Translations under genes and position numbers: made by a program
Notes under the pieces: generated by a model
Database searches by the model: none
Seen by the model: only the letters and a program-made list of their open reading frames with translations
Told to the model about the DNA's origin: nothing
DNA from: a virus
IMG/VR virus record: IMGVR_UViG_3300046490_000164
Location: 6,170-70,169 of that record
Length of the DNA stretch: 64,000 nucleotides
Direction: 5' to 3' (one strand)
Shown: positions 49,501 through 57,657 of the stretch, in pieces
Layout of the letters: each line of letters begins with the position of its first letter
Position numbering within the stretch: the stretch's first letter is position 1

Positions 49501-50680
49501 GTCCACGCCCCTCATCTTCGACTCGCAGTCGAACGATGGCATGACCGTTCTGAGGTGGGGGAACGGTCAGGCCTACACCGCTCGGAAATCTGGTAGAGAC
49601 CTCCAGGCCAACGGTGGGACGAACACCTTCTCGCTACCCGGTAACGTCATCACGCCGGCGCATGGGGCTGGCCCAGTTGCCCGGGTAGGGGACTTCTTGT
49701 CGATTCCTTCGGGTACGGGTGCCGGCGTCTACCCGCTAACGGCTGTCACGGAGACCCTCATCACCGTCTCCGGGGGTCCGACCGTAGGTTTCGTTGGGGA
49801 GTCTGGACTGCGCTACGAGATCCTCCGGAAGGTAGATCCGGTACTTCGGAGTGGTACGACCGCGTCCACCTCTTCGGACGGTCTGGTAGTCACACTACCG
49901 ACCGGTCTCCTGGCAGACGAAGTCCTTCCAGGTGACTGGCTGTTGTTGGGGAACGACAACTCCGCAACTCGCTACGCAATCACTGACGTCTCTCAGACGA
50001 CGGTCCATATCACCCCTCACGGCCCACTGTCGGCCAGCAACCTGCCCTACATGGTCGTCCGTCCTGCTTTCATCTACCCAGGTAAGTCTGTGGGGACGGT
50101 GACTGTTGCGGCTGGTGCCATCACTTCTTGGGATCGCCAGGCGATGTTGATGGCCGACCCGGGGGACGAGCTGCTGTTCAGCGACGGTACGGTGGCCTAC
50201 CGCAGCATCTTTTTCCTCATGGCTCGCCCGGCGACGGCATTGCACCTACAGCCCATCCCTCCGGACGGGGCATACACGGTGTCGCTCTACAAGAAGTGGG
50301 GGAAGCCGATCAAGTCGCGCACATCGTTCTTGGGGGAACACCTCACCGTCTCCCTTCATGAGATGACGAACAAGGCCTCCTGGTCCACTGGGGGGACCGC
50401 AGTCGCCCTCGGGAACGGGTACACCACCCCGAGGGCTGGTGATCTTCTCCAGCTCTTGGAGACGGCCTCAGCAACCACGGATGTGGGGTACGGGGCCGGT
50501 GTCTACCCGATCGTCTCACTGTCCGCGGCAACCAAGACTGTGACCGTCTCCAACGCGCTTGGGGCCTCCGGTTCATCGGCGTTCAAGATCATTAGCACGC
50601 TGCGTCCTCCTTCTATTGTCGATGGAACACTGGCTGGACCACCGATCTTGATAGGAGGAGGGGGTCATGGTGGGGTATGA
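46553..50680 (+). CDS. giant hypothetical virion protein (1375 aa)
   Basis: 4.1-kb ORF starting 2 nt after the previous stop. No family recognised. Confidence 0.6.
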   Translation: MSYTDRTIDGLSSPLRVAPTAVVSASPMFGVIGSVVRLSGANSVGLDGASLSYFWHFVTVPIGSRVVREGFRSTSQDGSEVTFSPDIVGEYLVRLTVVSGAAEAISDQRISIRAILVPDGRGLVPDGKFIWSYLRDVWQTVENKEVFESLWSALIQIAGGELLKLYQNDFAKSIRDIQDLYQRRWLSYTPKLNLGTDLSFILGGQMAGRNATTEFRGQYGKAVVLGPTEVAVVQGPVLPTPPATLGMLSPTAGVGYVSYRIAAPTKTGYRLIDPIPGSGAYAVGTGLSFSFAIQSNLWTLPSPATDLRVGDYVRCPTGANAGFYRITTINGSSYTVSPPPPASSNGALPMTAYRAVMFEMDVTTTALSDSFEVEYAPGANDLSTAASGRLIVMGKSSHTIARTFVSATQDPPVVVVTTDSQKVLPKLSGQDWLLPHTLISASADFDVQGVRPGDVLLLDVLNETSQAAAEIAAQVVGVDRNRLGFVVSDEELVGGQVPSIPNTYYVSVSGDLGIQSVSVVDGNLLLTDGAKTINDYTNSSPFQQKYANRLLPVDGWFEIAGGRFQVHPRAIIRNHLIPVDAAVRSIPLLQEWIVQPVVESRGGVLYQQSQGHEVALPAAPLALVENSDFILSGGVVLDEPLTFSTGSDVLSVEGVCFVDRSVEPGDVITITTPRSLKGEYLIVEVLSNDSVRLNLTLPDVGVATADVVLNRVKPGTFLRTVPGGFGPKRRLPDVLWAEVTFFDNMDYVEKNFGIMVGLSREDLRKASASINYRQAVAGLMFAYTRGSALAKVRLGAQILLGLPFAEHRGIIRSVENDYRLDNSGTPSQGRLLVEDVDGQGRPLGLFRSYIYPLDTSQDLSGLEVNPSTGEVYAEGDIVELFSALSKGAEVIDYLSNPDPSTVSTATQLLQQYHSIRLRMNDNIFKIEEMALVSNFLRRITPSYVSFYLLSSSEWSDSVTVGEGQHFKLKRERYPLRDDVGTGMSTPLIFDSQSNDGMTVLRWGNGQAYTARKSGRDLQANGGTNTFSLPGNVITPAHGAGPVARVGDFLSIPSGTGAGVYPLTAVTETLITVSGGPTVGFVGESGLRYEILRKVDPVLRSGTTASTSSDGLVVTLPTGLLADEVLPGDWLLLGNDNSATRYAITDVSQTTVHITPHGPLSASNLPYMVVRPAFIYPGKSVGTVTVAAGAITSWDRQAMLMADPGDELLFSDGTVAYRSIFFLMARPATALHLQPIPPDGAYTVSLYKKWGKPIKSRTSFLGEHLTVSLHEMTNKASWSTGGTAVALGNGYTTPRAGDLLQLLETASATTDVGYGAGVYPIVSLSAATKTVTVSNALGASGSSAFKIISTLRPPSIVDGTLAGPPILIGGGGHGGV

Positions 50681-50707
50681 GAACTTGGGTCTCCATAGGA
50701 GAACGAC

Positions 50708-51355
50708 ATGAAGCTACACGAACTGGTGAGCATCGTAGATAGTGGGATAGCAAAACTCCTCAGGGCCGACGGGTACGTGTCTTCTTACCGGCAGTTCCCG
50801 GAGGAGAAGTCCGTGGTGGAGACCAAGAACTGGGTCTCTGTCGTATTGCGTGAGCGTGGGAAGATCGTCGGCCGGCGCGAAGGCTACAACGTCTGGACGA
50901 ATACCGGGCGTGAGTACAACGCCATGCTCCAGAGCTACAGCGCCATGAACACCCCCTTCCGTTCGGACAGGCTGAGCTACATGGGGGCAGGCGTTGGGGC
51001 TCAGATCGAGACGCCTGGGGTGACGAGCCTGGCTGTGCCGATGGAGTTCGTGGTCGGCCAATTCTTGGCCCCACTCGATACTCCCCCTACCTTCCCACTC
51101 ACACCCTCCAGGACGACGGTCAGATACCGTCGAACCTTCCTCGAGAGGGAGCTCACCACTACAGCTGGTAGTAAGCTGAACATCAGCGAGTTCGGTTTGT
51201 TCACGGATGGGTCAGCACCTGGATATGCTCCAGGTAGCAGGGATATCTCCTTCGCCACGGCTCCCCTACAGGCACCGATGGCCTACAAGACTTTTGAGCC
51301 CATCGGGAAGACCGATACGATGCAGCTCGAAGTCGACTGGGAAGTTCGGTTCTAG
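50708..51355 (+). CDS. hypothetical protein (215 aa)
   Basis: ORF with an AGGAGA Shine-Dalgarno motif upstream. Confidence 0.5.
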   Translation: MKLHELVSIVDSGIAKLLRADGYVSSYRQFPEEKSVVETKNWVSVVLRERGKIVGRREGYNVWTNTGREYNAMLQSYSAMNTPFRSDRLSYMGAGVGAQIETPGVTSLAVPMEFVVGQFLAPLDTPPTFPLTPSRTTVRYRRTFLERELTTTAGSKLNISEFGLFTDGSAPGYAPGSRDISFATAPLQAPMAYKTFEPIGKTDTMQLEVDWEVRF

Positions 51356-51397
51356 CCGTACCGCAGTCACACGAAATTCGAAGGGAAGGTTCTGCCC

Positions 51398-54300
51398 GTG
51401 GGGATGACCTACTTCCGCCGGCCCCTGCTCGCAGGGAAGACGCTCGTCCGCACCGACTACCCCACCATCCGCGGGTCTGTGCGCAGGTCAGACCCCGACG
51501 GTGCGCCGTACAACGAGCCCTTCTTCCCAGGGCTGGCGTCCGGGCAGACGCTCATCTTGGGGTTCAACAGCGAGATCGCGCCGGTCATCACGTTCTCCAG
51601 TGGGGCCTACCTCAGTGCGCTGACGGCCATCAACGCCGTGCTGTCCCAGGCCGGACTGGGCAAGGCTTTCGATGCTGACGGCACCATCGCCATCCAGAGC
51701 CTGGCGTACGGCGGGAACAGCACCGTCGACGTGTTGGGCGGGACCGGGGCCAAGTCTCTGGGCTTCGATCTGTCGGCAGGGCCTATCCGTGCTCGGGGTG
51801 GTGACCTTCCGAGCGCTCCCGAAGGAAGAGTCGGGAACGTCTTCGGGAGCGCCTTCCCGGTCGAGGCGGAAGGGCTGTCGACGGAGTCCGTCAACCGCGC
51901 CCTAGGCAGGTTGGCCGCCAACTCCGACGTCCTCTACTCGGACATGATGAGGGACCAAGCCGCCCTCTCTCTGGTCGGGACCCTGACTGACGCCAACGTC
52001 GCCAGGCTAGGTGGGTACTCCACGTACGATGTGCCTGATGGAGTACGTATCTTCGCCGGGTTCCAGGACATCATCGATCCAGTCTCCCCGGAGCTGCTGT
52101 CACCCTTCTTCTCTATCATCGACACCGTCACCGGCTTGCCCATCTCGAGCCAGGTGGTCGACATCGTGAAGCGGGGCACGGTCGGTGTGCCTCCATACCC
52201 ACCAGCGTTGTCGGCCGATGGGAACGATACTGGGAGTGTGGTGGGGGTGCTGCTCCCCAGGATGACGGAGACGGCGATCCTGTCCATCAAGAATGGGCGG
52301 GTGATCGAGCTCGCCGGGGTGGGCAACGCTCAGGTAGGGGACTACGTCACCATCAACGGCAGCGACAGCACCATCAACAAGAGCCCTTGGGACAACCGCG
52401 GGGCGAAGTGGGTGGTAGAGGAGGTCCTCGACGCATCCCACTTGGCGCTTCGGCCCATGTCCCGTGTCGAGCAGGGGTACTCCTCTTACGACCTGGAGGG
52501 GGAATCCCAACCAGTCGTGGAGCTCAACGGGACCCTGCTCCAAGGGCAGAACTACGGCAACGTCGACATCATTGCGGGGCAGTTCGTGTCTGGCTGCTCG
52601 CTGGTGTTCTACCCACCGATCCCACCGGGAACCAACGCCAGTCTCTACGCCGCCGTGCCGGCGTCGCAATGCTCCAAGAGCGTCTTCTCCGACTTGGAGG
52701 CACACCGCCTGGCGAAGTCCTCCACCCTTTCTCGGGCCGGAGCTCCTTCACCGAACGCTGTCCTCTCTCGGCCCAGCCTCTCGATCACCCCGGCCACTCT
52801 CTCCTCCGGGGGAAACGTGCTGGTGCCGGCGAACCTGGTGGTAGGGTCTTTCGGGGTGAGATGGCACGGTCGGTTCGTCAGGGTGCCTGCCGCGTCCGTC
52901 ACTGTCCCACAGCCTGGGGCATACAACCAGAAGCTGTACTGGGACGAGACGGACTGCCTGGTGCACCTATCGACCACTGTACCGTCAACAGGCCATCTGC
53001 TCGGGTACACCGCGAATGCGACAACAGTGGCCTCCGCCTGCCTCACGGACTCCAGACCTGGTCGAGCCGCATCGGTAGGGGTGGGCGGTAACTTCTCCAC
53101 GCTGCTCGAGGCGACCTCCTACGCCAACATGACGGGCCTGCCGATGCAGCTCGTCCTTCTCGAGGACCAGACGGCCGCGTCGCCCACTGGGTGGCTACTG
53201 TTGGTGAACCTGACAGTGCGTGGGATTCACCCAGGCATCGCCGTGAATGTGTCGGCGCCTGGGGGCAAGCTGTTCACGGCCGTCTCGTCCACCATCGTCC
53301 TCGAAGACGTGGTGTTGGACACCCAGGCTAGCGGGGATGACTCTTCCCTGTTCTCTTTGGGCCCTACAGCGAGGGTCAAGCTCAAGAACATCGGCGGCCC
53401 CTACCCTCGGACCTTGGCAGCGGTGGGGTCTACGGTAGACGTGGGTGCTGGTGCCTCTAGGACTGTCTTGAGGGGCACTCTCGTGGAGGTGGTCAGTCCG
53501 TTGGCGGTGGACTCCAGCGTCTCCGTCTTCGGCACGGCTACCTTCGCAGGAGACCTCGTTGCCACGGCCGGCGCCACGACCATCGGGCATCTTGACGTCA
53601 CCCTCGCCGCCAACACCAACGGCATCAAGATGTGGAGTGACGGACAGTACCCTCACCTTCAGTTCTACAAGGCCGGCGAGGGGCCGGTGGAGCTCACCAA
53701 GGGGGCGGTAGGTGTGTTGACTGGAGGAGCAGCCAGCAACGCCGACTCCCTGCACACGCACTCCTTCCCGATCCAGGGGCTGACCAACCACCTCGCCAAC
53801 ACCCTTGGCGCCCACAAGGCGTCCGCCGTGTCGGTACTCTCCGGTGGGTTCCACGGCAAGCTGACCGCGGCAGCGACGGACGTCCAATACGCGCTGGCGG
53901 CGCTGGACATCCATCAGCATACGAAGTCTGAGGTCTCAGACTTCGCACATGCACACTACGTAGGCGACCTCTACCAAGATATCGGTATGCAGGTGCCGCT
54001 CCAGACGGCCATCGATGCCATCGCAGACAAGGTCCCGCTGACGTACTTGCGGAGCGATGTCACACCTACCCACGACGTCTTCACGTACCTTCCCCCAAGC
54101 AACACCAAGACGAGGGTAGGAACGAGTGGTGTGGTCTACGATCCGTCGACCCTTCCTTCGGTAGGGGTCACCCTCCCCTTCAGCATGTCTCCCGATAGGA
54201 GGGGCAACGACCTCCCGACGTGCATGATTCGGTTCGGCGCCTCCCACGGATTCTTCACCCAGGCCGTGACCGGGCTCATGCTGCGGTGGTGGTTGTTGCT

Positions 54301-54781
54301 GGACGGAGCACTGCTTTTGAGTGATGCCGGGTACCCGTACTCAGACGATACGGGGAACGGTGCCGACCAAGGGTACTTCTGTGGAACACTCGTCGGCCCG
54401 GCAGCATCGTCCCCGATCATCACCCCGATCATCCCGATGCCGGCTGCTGGGGCGAGGACCGGTGCAGGGTACACGGCGCGTGGGGCCCAAGGCGGTACCT
54501 GGCTAGCCTACAGCTCCGGGCAGGACTACTTGGTCTACGGCAGCAACGGAGCCACCGCGGTGTATCCGTACTTCGAGTGGATCGGCACCATACCGAACGG
54601 ACAGCACTGGCTGGACTTCCGCTACGCCTACTACGACATCTACCCTACGCAGGGCGGGTTCCTAGACCAACAGGCCAAGACCGGCTACGTCGACCTGTGG
54701 CACAAGTCGGCCTTCTTCCACATCACCCAGAGCATCCCGTACTACACGCCCACGCCAGTACCGGCCCACACCTTCTACTGA
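51398..54781 (+). CDS. giant hypothetical virion protein (1127 aa)
   Basis: 3.4-kb ORF; last large gene of the rightward block. Confidence 0.6.
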   Translation: MGMTYFRRPLLAGKTLVRTDYPTIRGSVRRSDPDGAPYNEPFFPGLASGQTLILGFNSEIAPVITFSSGAYLSALTAINAVLSQAGLGKAFDADGTIAIQSLAYGGNSTVDVLGGTGAKSLGFDLSAGPIRARGGDLPSAPEGRVGNVFGSAFPVEAEGLSTESVNRALGRLAANSDVLYSDMMRDQAALSLVGTLTDANVARLGGYSTYDVPDGVRIFAGFQDIIDPVSPELLSPFFSIIDTVTGLPISSQVVDIVKRGTVGVPPYPPALSADGNDTGSVVGVLLPRMTETAILSIKNGRVIELAGVGNAQVGDYVTINGSDSTINKSPWDNRGAKWVVEEVLDASHLALRPMSRVEQGYSSYDLEGESQPVVELNGTLLQGQNYGNVDIIAGQFVSGCSLVFYPPIPPGTNASLYAAVPASQCSKSVFSDLEAHRLAKSSTLSRAGAPSPNAVLSRPSLSITPATLSSGGNVLVPANLVVGSFGVRWHGRFVRVPAASVTVPQPGAYNQKLYWDETDCLVHLSTTVPSTGHLLGYTANATTVASACLTDSRPGRAASVGVGGNFSTLLEATSYANMTGLPMQLVLLEDQTAASPTGWLLLVNLTVRGIHPGIAVNVSAPGGKLFTAVSSTIVLEDVVLDTQASGDDSSLFSLGPTARVKLKNIGGPYPRTLAAVGSTVDVGAGASRTVLRGTLVEVVSPLAVDSSVSVFGTATFAGDLVATAGATTIGHLDVTLAANTNGIKMWSDGQYPHLQFYKAGEGPVELTKGAVGVLTGGAASNADSLHTHSFPIQGLTNHLANTLGAHKASAVSVLSGGFHGKLTAAATDVQYALAALDIHQHTKSEVSDFAHAHYVGDLYQDIGMQVPLQTAIDAIADKVPLTYLRSDVTPTHDVFTYLPPSNTKTRVGTSGVVYDPSTLPSVGVTLPFSMSPDRRGNDLPTCMIRFGASHGFFTQAVTGLMLRWWLLLDGALLLSDAGYPYSDDTGNGADQGYFCGTLVGPAASSPIITPIIPMPAAGARTGAGYTARGAQGGTWLAYSSGQDYLVYGSNGATAVYPYFEWIGTIPNGQHWLDFRYAYYDIYPTQGGFLDQQAKTGYVDLWHKSAFFHITQSIPYYTPTPVPAHTFY

Positions 54782-54905
54782 TAGGTGCGGGCAACGCTGG
54801 GCACTCGTCAGGCCTGGGGTGTAGGTTCGATCTCGTGGTCGGACTTCCGGCCCTGTACTTCGCTATACGTCCTAGGCACTTCGTACTCTCTCGCCTGGAG
54901 TGGCG

Positions 54906-55142
54906 ATGTTCGATGACACCAACGGCCTCTACATCCAACGCCTTACGGATGGAAAGGTTCGCATCGTTGTAAGAAAGGACGCAACCCCGGGTGCGGAGAT
55001 CCTATTCGACGTGATCTTGACTGCCACGCAGTGGAGCCGAGCAGTGGCGTCCGTGGTTCGGGACTGCAAGGACTGCCAGGCCTACTTCATAGCGTACAGC
55101 CAGCACATGGGTACCGATCCAACAGACAAGGATGAGGAGTAA
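54906..55142 (+). CDS. small hypothetical protein (about 78 aa)
   Basis: GGAG Shine-Dalgarno motif 5 nt upstream of the ATG at 54906; the track begins at the GTG at 54900. Followed immediately by the hairpin terminator. Confidence 0.45.
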   Translation: MFDDTNGLYIQRLTDGKVRIVVRKDATPGAEILFDVILTATQWSRAVASVVRDCKDCQAYFIAYSQHMGTDPTDKDEE

Positions 55143-55149
55143 GAAAAGA

Positions 55150-55177
55150 GGAGGGCCCCGATGTTCTGGGGCCCTCC
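55150..55177. terminator. bidirectional rho-independent-type terminator at the convergence of the + and - gene blocks
   Basis: Perfect 10-bp GC-rich inverted repeat GGAGGGCCCC-(8-nt loop gatgttct)-GGGGCCCTCC. The flanks are A-rich on the + strand (aagaaaag), which reads as T-rich for the - strand transcript; ttcta lies 3' on the + strand. It sits between the last + gene (ending 55142) and the last - gene (ending 55199). Confidence 0.6.
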
Positions 55178-55198
55178 TTCTACGTCAGGGGTGCCGGC

Positions 55199-55417
55199 CT
55201 AGTTGACGGCGGCGCTGGCCCCGGCGGAAGAGGCGGGCTGCTTGGCCAGGAGCTTCTCGACCTTGGCCTCGGCCTTCTCGAGCTTCGCGGCGAGCTTCCC
55301 CGCGACCTTGTCGTTCTTGGCGATGAGCTTCTCGATCTGGGTCACGGCCTTCTTGGCCAGCTTGAACTTCTTGGCCGCGGAAACCTTCTTCGCCTTCTTC
55401 ATCTTCTTGGCTGCCAT
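55199..55417 (-). CDS. lysine/alanine-rich histone-H1-like DNA-binding protein (72 aa)
   Basis: Sequence MAAKKMKKAKKVSAAKKFKLAKKAVTQIEKLIAKNDKVAGKLAAKLEKAEAKVEKLLAKQ. The AKK/KKA repeats resemble bacterial H1-like proteins (Hc1/AlgP/BpH1 type). Confidence 0.6.
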   Translation of the reverse strand: MAAKKMKKAKKVSAAKKFKLAKKAVTQIEKLIAKNDKVAGKLAAKLEKAEAKVEKLLAKQPASSAGASAAVN

Positions 55418-55478
55418 GTGGTAGTGCTCCTGCGTGTGGGTGATTCGCCCTTGTCAGTGCCCAGGGCGACGGGCATCT

Positions 55479-55982
55479 TCACTCATCTAGAAGCTGATAG
55501 ATAGCCAATTCACCAGCACCAGGTTGTCTGGTGAAGATGATGGCCTTGAGCTCTTCCGAGGTGCGCACTCGGTAATGTTCGATGCTCCCCTCCTCGGAAC
55601 CTATGAAGACGGCGAACCGAGGAGGGCCAGGGTTGGCTGCGATGAAGTTCTTCAAGACCGGGGCCACGTCCTGGAGGGTGACTCCCATCCCTACCTTCCC
55701 CTGCGTCACTTCCTTCTCGAACACCACTCCGATGACGGCGAGGTCAGCTCGGAACGTGGTGGTGTTCTTCCCGATGGAGAGGTAGAGCACCGTCTCTCCG
55801 GACTTGAACGGGATGATGCGGCGGTCCTTCTCCGTAGGATGTGGCCGCACCGCCCCGAGCTCGAAACCCCAGATGACGAGGTCCCTGATGATGCTCCGCA
55901 ATGACTCGTCGCTGAACCCCGCGGCCCCCTCGACTCGAGCTCTGTACCGCTCGAGCGCGTGGTAGGTGACGGCGATCTTCAT
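55479..55982 (-). CDS. hypothetical protein (167 aa)
   Basis: ORF in series with the other leftward genes. No motif recognised. Confidence 0.5.
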   Translation of the reverse strand: MKIAVTYHALERYRARVEGAAGFSDESLRSIIRDLVIWGFELGAVRPHPTEKDRRIIPFKSGETVLYLSIGKNTTTFRADLAVIGVVFEKEVTQGKVGMGVTLQDVAPVLKNFIAANPGPPRFAVFIGSEEGSIEHYRVRTSEELKAIIFTRQPGAGELAIYQLLDE

Positions 55983-56114
55983 CGCCCATCCCTCGCAGCC
56001 ACCGCCGAGTTCACGATACGGGTGAGGATGGTCGTCCTCTTCGTGCCGATGGGGATGACGATGCTCAGCGCCTGGTCCGCGAACTCGATGAGCTGCTCAT
56101 CCGTCATCCCCATC
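55980..56114 (-). CDS. possible very small ORF (about 44 aa) filling the gap between 56224..57126 and 55479..55982
   Basis: Reverse-strand reading gives MGMTDEQLIEFADQALSIVIPIGTKRTTILTRIVNSAVAARDGR with an ATGA overlap to the downstream start. Too short to be sure. My base count in this area is uncertain by 1 nt. Confidence 0.25.
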
Positions 56115-56223
56115 AGGTCGGAGTCGTTGATGGAGATGAAGGTGTTCGGGGAGACTGTGTTGGGACGCCGGTGGGGAGACGGCTCAGCGACCGCCGTCTC
56201 CCTCTCCTTCCTGGCCGACGTCC

Positions 56224-57126
56224 CTACTTGGGGTTTCCGACGAACTGCACCATGTACTGCCGGAACTGGTCGAACGTCTGGACCCCGGCCTTCTGGAGCG
56301 CCTGCCCGCCGGCCTGGTTCATGGCGTAGAGGTGGTGCATGACGGCGAGCATCTGGAGGCAGATGGTGCGGAGGTCCTCCTGCTCGTCGACGATGCCGTC
56401 GATCTTCTTCTCGAGCTCGTTGCCCTGCGTCCCGACCGCGTCGATGCGGACGAGCAGCGGGGACAGGTCGACCGCCCCGGTTGGGGGGCTCACCTGCATC
56501 GGGGCCTGCATCACCGCCGGCGGGGCGATGGTCATCGGGACAGAGTACCCCTGCGCGGCCGGGGCCGGCACGGGGGCCATCATCTGGGGCGGGGCCTGGA
56601 GGGCGGGAGGCGCCCCCGGGGCCATCTGCTGCGCGCCCTGAGCCGCCTGGGCGCTCCGGCGCTTACGGCCCGTCGGAGCGGCGGGCTGGGCGTCCTGCGT
56701 CGCCTGGGCGGGCTGCTGGGCCGCCTGGGCGGCCGCCGCCGGCGAGGCCACCGCCGGCGCCACGGGGTACTGGGGAGGGGCGGTGACCGGCACCATCTGC
56801 TGCGGCATCCCCATCTGGGGGGCATACCCCGGAGGGACCCCGTTCTGGGGGGCCATCTGCGGGATGCCGGCGGGCGCAGCCGCCGCGGCACCGATGTCGT
56901 TCACGAGCAGCCCCAGGGCGATCTCGTGCGAGATGATGACCTGCTTCACCTTCTCGCGGTCGTCGAGCGTCTCCTGGTACGTCATCAGCGCCTGGCCGTC
57001 CGACTTCTTGTAGATCATGTACGCCAGGTTGCGGACGGCGACGAAGCGGGCACTGTCGAGCTCCGCCTTCCGCTGCGAGGCCGTGCTGCCCTGGCGCGGT
57101 GCGAGCTCGTAGACTGTCTCAGCCAT
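56224..57126 (-). CDS. hypothetical protein (300 aa) with a central Pro/Gln/Ala/Met-rich intrinsically disordered region of about 170 aa
   Basis: Structured N-terminal (about 95 aa) and C-terminal (about 85 aa) domains flank a low-complexity stretch, APQMGMPQQMVPVTAPPQYPVAPAV...QAPPQMMAPVPAPAAQG. Confidence 0.55.
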   Translation of the reverse strand: MAETVYELAPRQGSTASQRKAELDSARFVAVRNLAYMIYKKSDGQALMTYQETLDDREKVKQVIISHEIALGLLVNDIGAAAAAPAGIPQMAPQNGVPPGYAPQMGMPQQMVPVTAPPQYPVAPAVASPAAAAQAAQQPAQATQDAQPAAPTGRKRRSAQAAQGAQQMAPGAPPALQAPPQMMAPVPAPAAQGYSVPMTIAPPAVMQAPMQVSPPTGAVDLSPLLVRIDAVGTQGNELEKKIDGIVDEQEDLRTICLQMLAVMHHLYAMNQAGGQALQKAGVQTFDQFRQYMVQFVGNPK

Positions 57127-57337
57127 TCTCTTCCTCTCCTTCTTCGTGGGTGGCGGCGAGCATGGCCCGGATGGCCATGTGCTCCCCGTACTTCGTCATC
57201 GTGGTCAGTCTTGCCAGGTACACCGGCTCTGGCACTCCCTCGAACAGCGTGCAGGTGTAGCTCTGAAGAATCCTCTCTTCGTTCGTCTCTCGACAGGCGC
57301 CGAGCTTTGCGCAGGCGAGGCACTCGCCCCTGGTCAT
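57119..57337 (-). CDS. small Cys-containing protein (72 aa), acidic C-terminus
   Basis: C-x2-C-x5-C cluster (ECLACAKLGAC) plus YTC. Tiled with its neighbours, overlapping by 8 nt. Confidence 0.45.
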   Translation of the reverse strand: MTRGECLACAKLGACRETNEERILQSYTCTLFEGVPEPVYLARLTTMTKYGEHMAIRAMLAATHEEGEEENG

Positions 57338-57657
57338 CAGTCCGTTCTCACCGTCGTCTCGTTCGGCGCGAAGCAGAGCGCGTGACGGCCGTCAGAGCAG
57401 GGGTACGTCGAGCACATGCCGGTGCACCCAGGGAGCTGGCTGCGGATCTGCTCGATGTGTTTCAGGATGTGGGCCTCCAACTTGGCCCTGGTCTGGATCG
57501 TCCCCGAGAGGTGCTCTGCCGAGGGGTCCATCTCCCCAGCCACGATGGCCTCGAGGGTCCTGCGGTCCAGCCCTCTTCGAAGTCTCGGCAGCCCTTGCCT
57601 GAGCGCCAAGGCAATGAGCTCCGACTCGTTGCAGTTCTTCAGGAGCTCGTCACTCAC
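57337..57657 (-). CDS. small hypothetical protein (106 aa) with a C-terminal Cys cluster
   Basis: Cys cluster PGCTGMCSTYPCSDGRHALC. Its start overlaps the upstream stop. Confidence 0.45.
   Translation of the reverse strand: MSDELLKNCNESELIALALRQGLPRLRRGLDRRTLEAIVAGEMDPSAEHLSGTIQTRAKLEAHILKHIEQIRSQLPGCTGMCSTYPCSDGRHALCFAPNETTVRTD

Noticed and set aside
54782-54899. tRNA-like T-arm sequence (GGTTCGATCTCG) in the 118-nt gap before 54906
   Set aside because: No matching acceptor stem, D-arm or anticodon arm could be folded around it. It is more likely an untranslated leader or regulatory region.
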